In this document: in pieces, positions 28,318-37,796 of the stretch
How the letters are laid out: each line of letters begins with the position of its first letter
Position numbering within the stretch: position 1 is the first letter of the stretch
Source of the DNA: an uncultured delta proteobacterium
GTDB taxonomy: Bacteria > Myxococcota_A > Polyangia > Polyangiales > Polyangiaceae
DNA length: 64,000 nt
Assembly (NCBI GenBank): GCA_963850305.1
Contig: CAWKKR010000007.1
Location: 64,001-128,000 of the forward strand
Direction: 5' to 3'
Program-made: the position numbers and the translations under genes
The notes under the pieces: model-generated
Databases searched by the model: none
Told to the model about the DNA's origin: nothing
What the model saw: the letters and a program-made list of their open reading frames with translations, nothing else

Positions 28318-29538
28318 ATGACGCTCGGGCTCTTCGAAGGGGTCGGCATCGAGGTCGAGACGATGCTCGTTCACGCGAGCGATCTCGCCGTCTTTCCCGT
28401 CTGCGATCGCGTTCTTCGCGCCGCGGGCGACCGTTCCGAGGGCGAAGTGACGCGCGGCGAGACGGCGTGGTCGAACGAGCTCGTCCTCCACGTCATCGAG
28501 CGAAAAACCCACGGCCCGAGGCCGTCGCTCGACGGCCTCGCCGCCGCGCTGACGAACGACGTCCGCGCCATCGAGGCGTTGCTCGAACCGCTCGGCGGTC
28601 GCCTGCTCCCGACGGGCATGCACCCGCTCATGGATCCGGTGCGCGACACGCGCCTCTGGCCCCACGGCTACGGTGACGTCTACCGTGCCTACGATCGCGC
28701 GTTCGGGTGTCGCGGTCACGGCTGGTCCAACCTCCAGAGTGTGCACGTCAATCTGCCGTTCTCCGGCGACGCAGAGTTCGGACGCTTGCACGCGGCAGTG
28801 CGTCTCGTGCTCCCGCTGTTACCGGCGCTCGCCGCGAGCACACCGATCGCGGACGGTGCCGTCACCGGCACGCTCGACACGCGCCTCGTCGTGTACCGTC
28901 GAAACCAGCGCCTCGTTCCGAGCATCACCGGGGACGTCATCCCCGAGCGCGCGTTCACCCGCGCCGAGTACGAGGATCGCGTGCTCCGTCCCATCGCGCG
29001 CGACCTTCGCCGGATCGATCCCGACGGCGTGCTCGAGCCCGAGTGGGTCAATTCGCGCGGCGCGATCGCCCGCTTCGTGCGCGACAGCGTCGAGATCCGC
29101 GTCATCGACGCCCAGGAGTGCGCCTCGGCGGACGTCGCGGTCGCGGCCGCCGCCATCGCCGCCGTGCGCGCGCTCGTGGAAGAAAAGTGGGTCTCGTTCG
29201 AGGAGCAACGCGAGTGGCACGAGTCGCGGCTCGAGCCGCTCTTCACGCAAGCCACGGTCGTCGGCGGCGCCGCGGTCGTCGAGGACGCCGATTACCTGCG
29301 TTCCTTCGGCATCGCGCGCGGCAAGGTCACGCTCCGCGAGCTCTGGGCACACTCGATCGAAACACTCGACGTCCAGGTCGATGGCCAGCGCGCGGCCCTC
29401 GACGTCATCGTTCGAGACGGCTCCCTGTCGGAACGCATTCTCGCCGCGACCGGCGCGAACCCCTCGCACGCGAAGATCCGCGACGTGTACCGCGAGCTCG
29501 CCGACTGTCTCCGGGAGGATCGTTCGTTCTCCCCATGA
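28318..29538 (+). CDS. Glutamate-cysteine ligase family 2 (GCS2) carboxylate-amine ligase
   Basis: GIEVE, SNELVLHVIE, PTGMHP, LQSVHVNL, NSRGAIARF..EIRVID. Confidence 0.88.
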   Translation: MTLGLFEGVGIEVETMLVHASDLAVFPVCDRVLRAAGDRSEGEVTRGETAWSNELVLHVIERKTHGPRPSLDGLAAALTNDVRAIEALLEPLGGRLLPTGMHPLMDPVRDTRLWPHGYGDVYRAYDRAFGCRGHGWSNLQSVHVNLPFSGDAEFGRLHAAVRLVLPLLPALAASTPIADGAVTGTLDTRLVVYRRNQRLVPSITGDVIPERAFTRAEYEDRVLRPIARDLRRIDPDGVLEPEWVNSRGAIARFVRDSVEIRVIDAQECASADVAVAAAAIAAVRALVEEKWVSFEEQREWHESRLEPLFTQATVVGGAAVVEDADYLRSFGIARGKVTLRELWAHSIETLDVQVDGQRAALDVIVRDGSLSERILAATGANPSHAKIRDVYRELADCLREDRSFSP

Positions 29539-30227
29539 GCCGCGCCGTCATCGTCACTTGCGAGCACGGGGGCAATCGCATCCCGCGGCGTTACGCGCGG
29601 GCCTTTCGGGGCAAGGACGCGCTGCTCGCGACCCATCGCGGCTGGGACATCGGCGCCGCGCGCGTCGCCGTCGAAGTCGCGGACCGCGTGGGCGCCCCGC
29701 TCTTCGTCGCCACCACGTCGCGCCTGGTCGTCGATCTGAATCGCTCCGTGTCGCATCCGAAGCTCTTCTCGGATGTCACCCGCGCGTTCACCGTCGACGA
29801 GCGCCGTCGCATCCTCGACGAGCATTACGTCCCGCACCGCGCGGCCGTCGAACACGCCGTCGCGAGAGGCCGCGCCGGCGGTCACTCCGTCGTGCACCTC
29901 GCGATCCACTCGTTCACGCCCGCACTCGACGGCGACGTCCGTCGCGCCGACATCGGCTTGCTCTACGACCCGTCGCACCGCGCCGAGCGCTCCGTCTGCG
30001 ACGCACTGCATCTCGCCCTCGCGTCGCTCGCGCCGGACCTCGTCGTGCGCCGCAACTATCCCTACCTCGGCATCTCCGACTCCTTTCCCACGGCACTCCG
30101 TCGCGCCTACACGCGGTATGCCGGCATCGAGATCGAGTTCAATCAGAAGCGGCTCGCGAGTGCGGGTGACGCCCGGAGAATGGCGTCGCTGCTCGCCGAA
30201 GCATTCGCGTCCATCGATCGAGGTTGA
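29535..30227 (+). CDS. N-formylglutamate amidohydrolase family protein
   Basis: TCEHGGN, HRGWDIGA, SRLVVDLNRS, HSFTP, DIGLLYD, NYPY, EIEFNQ; ATGA overlap with the upstream gene. Confidence 0.9.
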   Translation: MSRAVIVTCEHGGNRIPRRYARAFRGKDALLATHRGWDIGAARVAVEVADRVGAPLFVATTSRLVVDLNRSVSHPKLFSDVTRAFTVDERRRILDEHYVPHRAAVEHAVARGRAGGHSVVHLAIHSFTPALDGDVRRADIGLLYDPSHRAERSVCDALHLALASLAPDLVVRRNYPYLGISDSFPTALRRAYTRYAGIEIEFNQKRLASAGDARRMASLLAEAFASIDRG

Positions 30228-30371
30228 GGGCGCCACGAAGGAACGAGCGCGGCAGAAGACGTTGCGCGTCACTCCCTGCCGCGATCGTCGCGACCGAAGG
30301 TGCCGCCGCGCCTGCGCGGAATTGCAGGCCGGCACGGCCGCATCGGGCTTCCCGTTCTCGGGTGCCCGTGG

Positions 30372-30644
30372 TCAGAGATTCTCGATCGAGCGCAACAGCT
30401 CCGGCACGAAGGACGTGCGGGGGCGGATGAGCGTTGCCTGTGCGGCACGCGGTCGGACGCGGATGATGGCGTCGTTCGGGCCGAAGCCGCCGGCGCTCAG
30501 CGGGTCGTCGTCGAACGTGTAGCCGTAGCCGTCGGCGCTGTCGCCCTGGCTGTCTTCTTTCTGTTGCGGCCCTGCATACGCTCTCGCCGCCACCAGGGAC
30601 AGTCCGGCCGCGACGGCGAGGGCCCTTACCGCATGTCGAGTCAT
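30372..30644 (-). CDS. Small secreted CglF/GltF-like protein (90 aa)
   Basis: Signal peptide ending AYA; YGYTFDDDPL; C-terminal LIRPRTSFVPELLRSIENL resembles the CglF-family tail; GGAGG upstream. Confidence 0.65.
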   Translation of the reverse strand: MTRHAVRALAVAAGLSLVAARAYAGPQQKEDSQGDSADGYGYTFDDDPLSAGGFGPNDAIIRVRPRAAQATLIRPRTSFVPELLRSIENL

Positions 30645-30988
30645 GGGTACCTCCATGCTGGCTCGGGCGGTTCGCACGAGCCGGTTCTGGGTTCGGGCGG
30701 GCGGAGGCGTCTGTCGCACACGGCGCGACCGCCGTCTCTTCAGGAACCGACGGCCTCTCTCGTTTATTCCCGCTCTCGAACGAACCTCGAGCCGCTCGCC
30801 TCGAACGAAGCTCGAGCCACGCGGGAATGCCATCGCAAAGTCGCAGCAACCAACCCTTCTGCAGGAGGTCTCGGTCGCCCGGAAACTGCAAGGGCCTCGA
30901 CTTCGTCGAGGCGAGGGCACTCGGAGGTGGATGAGGATGCGCGCGCCGCGCATCGAGTCTGATGTGGTCGAATTCCGCGAGACCTGAA

Positions 30989-31004
30989 CGGCATGCCTCG
31001 TGCT
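30989..31004 (+). promoter_or_regulatory. Putative sigma-54 (-24/-12) promoter
   Basis: CGGCATGCCTCGTGCT = GG-N10-GC, about 50 bp upstream of ATG 31057. Confidence 0.45.
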
Positions 31005-31056
31005 TGAGAGACGAACTCGCGGCCTTCTGTGCCACGCCGCGGAAGCAGGGAAGCAG

Positions 31057-31956
31057 ATGCATCGAAGAGATTTCGGGAGTTTGAGGCGCTTTGGCCGCGT
31101 GATGCTCATCGCGGGGTGTGCCATCGGCAGCCCCGCGGCGCTGAGCGCCTGCGGCGGCAATGCCTCGGGATCTGCCGGTGGGGGCGGAAGCGCCGGGGCC
31201 GACGCGGGGAACGGCGGAGCGGGTGGCGCGGGCGGCCATTCCGGGGGCGCTGGAGGAAGCGGCAGCGGCGGTGTCCTCGGCGGCGCAGGGGGTGCGGTCT
31301 GCGGGCTCTGTCCGGCGATCGCGTGCGCCGAGGGCGTGCGGCTCAGCATCACGCCCAACGTCGACGCGGGTGCCAGCGTACTTGCGAATCTGTCGGTCAC
31401 CGCGAATGGGCTCACGTTCGATTGCACGGCGAGCTCGTCGCCCTGTGAGTGGTTCTGTAACTCGATCGGCCCCATCCCGGACGGCGACTACGTGATAACC
31501 GTGTCGGCGCCGGGCTTCGAGCCAGGGACCGTCGACGTGCACGCGGTCACGCCGACCGATTGTGGTTGTTGTGGCTGCTGTCCGTTCCAGACGTTCCAGG
31601 CCCTGACGCTCGAACCCAACGGTTCGTCCGTGACCGGCTGCTGCGCCAATCTGCAGGAGGACGCTCGCAATTGCGGCACGTGCGGCCGCGCGTGTGACTC
31701 GGGCTCCACTTGCGCCGCCGGCAAGTGTACGCCCGCCGCCGAAGGATGTCTGAAGGCGGCCGCGGGTGTCACGACGTGCGAGGCGTACTGCAAGGGCGGC
31801 GGCGAGGCGTGCGTCGAGGGCTGCGGAGCCAACGACGCGACTGGCGCGCTCGAGTGGGCCGGCACCGATGCCTGCTCCGGGGCGTATCAGAACCGGACCT
31901 GTTCCGACGTGTTCGATGCTTCGGCGAGCTACGCCTGTTGCTGCGGCGATCCGTAA
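31057..31956 (+). CDS. Gly/Cys-rich lipoprotein
   Basis: ALSAC lipobox, Gly-rich linker, GDYVITVSAPGF beta-sandwich strand, DARNCGTCGRAC, C-terminal ACCC. Confidence 0.75.
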   Translation: MHRRDFGSLRRFGRVMLIAGCAIGSPAALSACGGNASGSAGGGGSAGADAGNGGAGGAGGHSGGAGGSGSGGVLGGAGGAVCGLCPAIACAEGVRLSITPNVDAGASVLANLSVTANGLTFDCTASSSPCEWFCNSIGPIPDGDYVITVSAPGFEPGTVDVHAVTPTDCGCCGCCPFQTFQALTLEPNGSSVTGCCANLQEDARNCGTCGRACDSGSTCAAGKCTPAAEGCLKAAAGVTTCEAYCKGGGEACVEGCGANDATGALEWAGTDACSGAYQNRTCSDVFDASASYACCCGDP

Positions 31957-32031
31957 CGGCGCGAAGGCCGTCTTCGTTCGTCCCTCACCCTGCGACGGAT
32001 CGATCGAGCGCCTCGCGATCGTCCGCCTGCT

Positions 32032-32622
32032 TCAAACTTCCCCCGCGTACGGCGGCGCGGGGTCGTATTGCATCGCGCGCATGACGTGGCGCGCGGTTGC
32101 GGGGTCGAAGAGCTGTCCGACGAGCCACAGGGCCATGTCGATGCCGGCCGAGACACCGGCGGAAGTGACGACGTTGCCGTCGCGGACGTAGCGGACGTGC
32201 GTGAGGACCTTCACTCGGCCGCGCGCTTCGAGCTCGCCGAGCGCGGCCCAGTGCGTGGTGGCGCGCTTGCCGTCGAGGAGACCCGCTGCGTGGAGCAACA
32301 GCGCGCCGGTGCAGACGCTGGTGACGTAGCGACAGTGAGCCGCGGTGTCGTGAATCCACGTGACGAGCTTCACGTTGTCCACTTCGCGACGCGTTCCCCG
32401 TCCGCCCGGAACGAGAATGACGTCGAACGCCGGTGCATTCTCGAGCGTGTGATCGGCAAGGACGCGAAGACCCTTGGCGCCGCGTACGGGCCGGTCGTGC
32501 TCGGCGACCGTGGTCACGCGCACGGCACCGTTCGTGAGCTGCGCCGTCACGCCCATGACCTCGAACGGTCCGGCAAAGTCCAGTTCCTCGACCTCGTCGA
32601 AGAGCACGATTCCAAAATTCAT
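32032..32622 (-). CDS. DJ-1/PfpI family protein
   Basis: EELDFAGPFEV, ILVPGG.G, SVCTGA, RATTHW, TSAGVSAGID, QYDPAPP. Confidence 0.92.
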   Translation of the reverse strand: MNFGIVLFDEVEELDFAGPFEVMGVTAQLTNGAVRVTTVAEHDRPVRGAKGLRVLADHTLENAPAFDVILVPGGRGTRREVDNVKLVTWIHDTAAHCRYVTSVCTGALLLHAAGLLDGKRATTHWAALGELEARGRVKVLTHVRYVRDGNVVTSAGVSAGIDMALWLVGQLFDPATARHVMRAMQYDPAPPYAGEV

Positions 32623-32787
32623 CTCGGAGCTCCTTTCGTCGTGAATTCGGTCCCGGCAGTCGGACCGGCGCTCTCGTTCCGCATGGTGCGGGCCCGCCGG
32701 GAGGGCAGCAATGACATTCATCCCACGAATCCTGCCCGATCTCGCGGGTTGACCCCGCGTCCGCGCCCGCGTTTTGATACGCCCACG

Positions 32788-35145
32788 TTGCGCGAGCCGA
32801 GCTCGTCGAAGCTGTCCGCCTTCCTGCCGCTCGTGGCGCTCGCTGCCGGCATTGCCGTGCTCGCCACGTTCAACGCGGCGTACCCGATCCGGCAGTGGCT
32901 CCTCGTTCGCGTGGTTGGCTACTGGGCGCTCGCGCTCTACTGGGGCGCCGGGTGCTTCGCGCTCGGGCTCGAGCTCGTGCGTCGCGTCGCGCCGCGGCAA
33001 TACCGGTGCTCGGAGGTGCCGTTCGTCGCGTTCCCGATGGGCGTTCTTGCGTTCGGCATTCTCGTGTTCGTCGTCGGGGTTCTGGGGCTGCTGCAACTTC
33101 CGTTCTTCGTGCTCGGGCCGCTCGCTTTTGTCGGTGCCGGCTCGTCCGCGCTCCGGGAGTGGGTGCGTCACGTTCGTTCGCGGCGGCCGCTGCGCGGGTG
33201 GGTTCCGTCGCCCGTCGAGCGGCTCGCACTCGTGTTCGGCGCGTGCTGCGTCGTCGCGGTGTATCTGCCGATCCTCACGCCGCACAACATGCAGCACGAC
33301 GCGCGGTGGTATCATTTGCCCATCGCGGAGCAGTACGTGGCGGAGGGCGCGATCCGTCCGTTCCGGGAGGGCTGGTTTCTCGGCACGTATCCGCACCTCG
33401 CGAGCCTCCTGTACGTGTGGGCGTTCCTCTTGCCGGCGGGCATCGTGCATCGCGTCGAGCTCGCGGCCCACATGGAATTCGTGATCTTCCTGATGACGAT
33501 CGCGTCAATTCCGGCGCTCGTCCGGCGTATCGTCCCCGGAACTCGATTGCCGTTCGCCTGGGCCGGCTTCTTCCTGTTCCCGGCCATCTTCGTCTACGAC
33601 TCCAACCTGTCGCTCGGCGCCGATCACGTGGCGGCGCTGTTCGCACCCGCCGGGATGCTGGCGCTTTTTGCGGCGCTCGCGACGCTCTCCCCGCGGCACG
33701 CGGCGCTCGTCGGCGCGGCGGCGGCGGGCACCGTGCTGACGAAGTATTCGGCGGCGTGCGTCACCGTTCCGTTGCTCGGCGCCGTCGTCGTTCGCGCGGC
33801 TGTCGCGGTTCGAGCAGGAAAAGCGGTCCGGCGTGCCGTCGAGAGCGTGGGGGCGATGGCGCTCTCCTTCGTCGTCCTCTGGGCTCCGCACTGGCTGAAG
33901 AACGCGATCTGGTACGGAGATCCGTTCTATCCGTTGTTCGGTGATTCGTTCCCCGCGCATCCCTGGGATGCTCGCGCCTCGAATGCCCTCCGGGTGTTCA
34001 TGAACTGGGGAATGATCCGTCCGAAAGAGGATCTCTCCGGGCTTCTCGATACGCTCCGAGGGGGCCTCACCGTCGGCTTTCGCGTGCCGGACGGCTGGCA
34101 CCAGGGGGTTCCTGTCTTTGGTTTTTTGTTTGCCGCGACTTTGTTTTGCGTCCCGTTCTCCCGTCCCGGCCCTCGCCTGAAGCTTTCGTACGCCCTCGGT
34201 GTCGCGGCGTCGCTCGTCTGGTACTGGACGAACCATCACGAGCGGTACCTGCAAGCGTGCGTCCCGTGGTTCGCGGCGGCGACGGTCGCGTGGATCGTGG
34301 TCGCATGGACGCAGCACGGCACTCGCGGAAGGGTCTCCGTCGCGGCCCTCGTGGGAGTCCAGCTCCTCTGCGGCGCGGGCGTGTTTCTGCTCCCCTCGTA
34401 CTTCATGATCGCGAGCGAACACCCGCTCATCGACGTGATGAAGCTCGTCCGTCAGGGTTACGACAAGCAGTACGCCGCCCGCTTCGAGCCGTTCGACGAC
34501 TGGGAATTCGCGTCGTGGACCGCGCTCGGCAAGCTCTTGCCGAAGCACGCGCGAGTGCTCGCGCACGAAGATCGCCTGTGGCTCGGCCTCGACGCGCCCG
34601 TCGTCGTGGACGAAGCCCAGTGGCAAGCCGGCATCCGCTACTCGGGTCTCTCGAGCACGGCGGACGTCTACGACGTGATCCATCGTTTCGGTGTCACTCA
34701 CATCGTGACGGGAACGAGCCCCGGCGACAGCGGAGATCACGGCATCACCGGCAATCTCCTGTTCTGGGATTTCGTGACCACCGATACGCGGAGCGTCGCG
34801 AGGCGCGGCGGGCTTTCGCTCTGGGAGATGCCAGCGCACCGACCCTCGGTGCGCTCCGCCGGCACCGCGCTCGTCGCCACGTGCAATCTGAGCGTTCCGA
34901 GCGGCCTCTACGACGTCACGTCGGTCGGGAAAGGCCCGCCGCTCGTGGCGTTGCCACCAAAGGGCAGGGTTCCCCTGGCACTGACCCGGCGCGCGACGTT
35001 TCTCGTTCTCGAAGACGATTGCGGATACTCGGTGGACCCGTCGGTCGCCGAGCGGTTCCGGATCATGGGGATCCGCGGCAAGGTTTTCTTCGAGAAGCGC
35101 GCGAGCGATCCCGGGGATTCACCGCCCGCTACCGCCGCCCCTTGA
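32788..35145 (+). CDS. Polytopic membrane protein, probable GT-C-fold glycosyltransferase
   Basis: More than 12 hydrophobic segments; DARWYHLP, YPHL, TKY, KNAIWYGDPFYP, ERY motifs; soluble C-terminal domain; start approximate. Confidence 0.7.
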   Translation: MREPSSSKLSAFLPLVALAAGIAVLATFNAAYPIRQWLLVRVVGYWALALYWGAGCFALGLELVRRVAPRQYRCSEVPFVAFPMGVLAFGILVFVVGVLGLLQLPFFVLGPLAFVGAGSSALREWVRHVRSRRPLRGWVPSPVERLALVFGACCVVAVYLPILTPHNMQHDARWYHLPIAEQYVAEGAIRPFREGWFLGTYPHLASLLYVWAFLLPAGIVHRVELAAHMEFVIFLMTIASIPALVRRIVPGTRLPFAWAGFFLFPAIFVYDSNLSLGADHVAALFAPAGMLALFAALATLSPRHAALVGAAAAGTVLTKYSAACVTVPLLGAVVVRAAVAVRAGKAVRRAVESVGAMALSFVVLWAPHWLKNAIWYGDPFYPLFGDSFPAHPWDARASNALRVFMNWGMIRPKEDLSGLLDTLRGGLTVGFRVPDGWHQGVPVFGFLFAATLFCVPFSRPGPRLKLSYALGVAASLVWYWTNHHERYLQACVPWFAAATVAWIVVAWTQHGTRGRVSVAALVGVQLLCGAGVFLLPSYFMIASEHPLIDVMKLVRQGYDKQYAARFEPFDDWEFASWTALGKLLPKHARVLAHEDRLWLGLDAPVVVDEAQWQAGIRYSGLSSTADVYDVIHRFGVTHIVTGTSPGDSGDHGITGNLLFWDFVTTDTRSVARRGGLSLWEMPAHRPSVRSAGTALVATCNLSVPSGLYDVTSVGKGPPLVALPPKGRVPLALTRRATFLVLEDDCGYSVDPSVAERFRIMGIRGKVFFEKRASDPGDSPPATAAP

Positions 35146-35305
35146 AGCCCATCATGTTTTGAACGACGGCCTCGCTCTCTTCCGCGACGGCTTCCTGTTC
35201 GCGCGCCGCGTCGGCGCAATCTTCGCAGAGTTTCTTCGCCTTGCCGTCGACCTTCACGGATACGAGTTCGTCGACTTCTTCACCACAGGCCTTGCAAATC
35301 GGCAT
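35129..35305 (-). CDS. Small zinc-ribbon protein (58 aa)
   Basis: MPICKAC...LCEDC two CxxC pairs; strong codon bias. Confidence 0.7.
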   Translation of the reverse strand: MPICKACGEEVDELVSVKVDGKAKKLCEDCADAAREQEAVAEESEAVVQNMMGFKGRR

Positions 35306-35355
35306 GAGGGTGACCATTTGTTCCCTCGCAGCGCGCGTCAACCGAGAAGGAGAGA

Positions 35356-37720
35356 ATGCAGCACTCGACGACAGTCGCCGACTCGGGGAGTGTTGCCACC
35401 GACCCGGTCTGCGGCATGACGGTCGGGATGGACTCGCCCTTTTTCGGCGAGCACATTGGCAAGAAGTATTTCTTCTGCTGCGCCGGGTGTCGTGACCGCT
35501 TCGCGCGGGAACCCGAGCGCTACTCGTCGAAGAAGGACGCACCGTCTCGGGCGTTGCCGATTGCGGCGCGGGCCGGGCATGTGACCGAGTGTCCTCCGTG
35601 TTACGAGTCCGCCATCGAAGCACCCGTCTCGTCCGGCCAGCAATGGACGTGCCCGATGCATCCCGAAGTGAGGCGCGCCGAGCCGGGGAGCTGCCCACGG
35701 TGCGGCATGGCACTCGAACCGACCGTCGCGTCGAAGGCGGAGGACACGACGGAGCTCGACGACATGTCGCGCCGCCTTCGGGTGGCAGCGCTGCTCGCGG
35801 TTCCGCTCATCGTCGTGTCGATGGCCGACGGGGCTTCCGGTCGCATCGGGCTGTCGCGAGGGACGGGTCAGCTCATCGAGCTCGCCCTGTCGACGGTCCT
35901 CTGCGGGTGGGCTGGCGCGCCGCTTCTCGCACGTGGCGTTGCTTCGGTGAAACACCGGAGCCCGAACATGTTCACGCTCATCGCTCTCGGCGTCGCGGCG
36001 TCGTACCTGTATAGCCTCGTCGCGACGCTCGCGCCGGGTCTGTTCCCGGCGACATCCCGCGGACCCGGGGGGCTGGTCCCGGTGTATTTCGAGGCGGCGG
36101 GCGTCATCGTCACGCTCGTCCTTCTGGGTCAGGTGCTCGAGCTCGGCGCGCGCCGCCGCACGGGGCTCGCGCTTCGCTCCCTGCTCGAGCTGGCGCCGGA
36201 GCGCGCGTTCCGCGTGCGCGACGGCGCGCCCGACGAGGAGATATCGCTGCACAATGTCAACGTCGGCGATCGCCTGCGCGTGCGGCCTGGTGACAGGGTG
36301 CCGGCGGACGGCGTCGTCCTCGAGGGACGGAGCACGGTCGATGAATCGATGGTCACGGGCGAACCGGTTCCCGTCGAAAAGACGATTTCCGACGCCGTCA
36401 TCGGCGGCACGACGAACGGCCTAGGCTCGTTCGTCCTGCGGGCGGAGAAGGTCGGCGAGGAGACGCTCCTCTCGCAGATCGTGAAGTTGGTTGCGGCGGC
36501 CCAGCGAAGTCGCGCTCCCGTGCAGCGGCTCGCGGATCGCATCGCGTCCGTATTTCGTTCCCGGCGTGATCCTCTGTGCTGCGGGAACGTTCGTCGCCTG
36601 GTCGATCGCCGGCCCGGAGCCGCGCCTCGCGCATGCCCTCATCAGTGCTGTCTCGGTCCTCATCATCGCGTGCCCGTGCGCGCTCGGTCTCGCGACGCCG
36701 ATGTCGATCCTCGTGGCGACCGGTCGCGCCGCCACGGAGGGGGTTCTATTCCGCGACGCCGAGGCCCTGGAACGACTCGGGTCCGTGGACACGCTCGTCG
36801 TCGACAAGACCGGCACGTTGACCGAGGGGAAGCCAGAGGTCGTGCGTGTCGACGTCGAGCCCGGCGAGATGGAAGCGGACGTCATCCGCATCGCGGCGAG
36901 TCTCGAAGCGGTCAGCGAACACCCGCTCGCGTCCGCGGTCCTCGCGCTGGCGAAGAGTCGAAGCGTCGCTGGCTCGCCCGTGAGCGACTTCGAATACGTT
37001 CCGGGTCAGGGTGTTCGAGGCACCGTGGGCGGCGAGTCCGTCGCGATCGGCAATCACGCGATGATGGAGCGCGAGGCGGTCGTTGCAGGGTCCATCCGAG
37101 CGGAAGACGCTTCCCGGACCCCGCTCTACGTCGCGCGCCACCGTCGCCTGGCGGGCGTGCTCTTCGTCGAGGATCCCATCAAAGCTACGACCCCTGACGC
37201 ACTGAGGGCTCTCGACGCAGACGGCGTCCACGTCGTCATGCTCACGGGTGATACGGTCGAGAGCGCCGCCGCCGTCGCGAAACGTCTGGGGATAACGGAC
37301 GTCGTGGCCGCCGCACGGCCCGAGCGAAAGCTCGAGACGGTCGAGCGGCTGGAGCGCGAGGGGCGGAAGGTCGCGATGGCCGGAGATGGCGTGAACGACG
37401 CACCCGCGCTCGCTCGCGCCGCGGTCGGCATCGCGATGGGAACCGGCACGAACGTCGCGATCGAGAGCGCGGGTGTCACTCTCGTGAAGGGGGATCTTCG
37501 CGGCATCGTCCGCGCGCGCCGCCTCAGCCGGCAGACCATGACGAACGTCAGACAGAACCTGGTCTTCGCGTTCGGCTACAACGCGATCGGCATCCCGGTC
37601 GCGGCGGGCGCGCTCCACCCGCTCTCTGGAATCGTCCTCTCGCCGATGTTCGCCGCTGCGGCCATGAGCTTCAGCAGCGTGTCGGTCATTGCGAACGCAC
37701 TGCGGCTCCGTCGCAGGTAG
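35356..37720 (+). CDS. copA: Cu(I)-translocating P1B-type ATPase with YHS and HMBD domains; frameshift near 36550
   Basis: DPVCGM..YFFCC..C, WTCPMHP..CPRCGMAL, VTGE, CPC, DKTGT, EHPL, GDGVND, YN, MSFSSVSV; split over ORFs 35356-37197 and 36491-37720 by one extra base. Confidence 0.88.
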
Positions 37721-37796
37721 TGAAGGTCGCGGAAGGGCGCCGGAGAGTCGTGATATGCTCGGCGACATCCCCCTGGCCGTTTCCGGCTGGACCACC

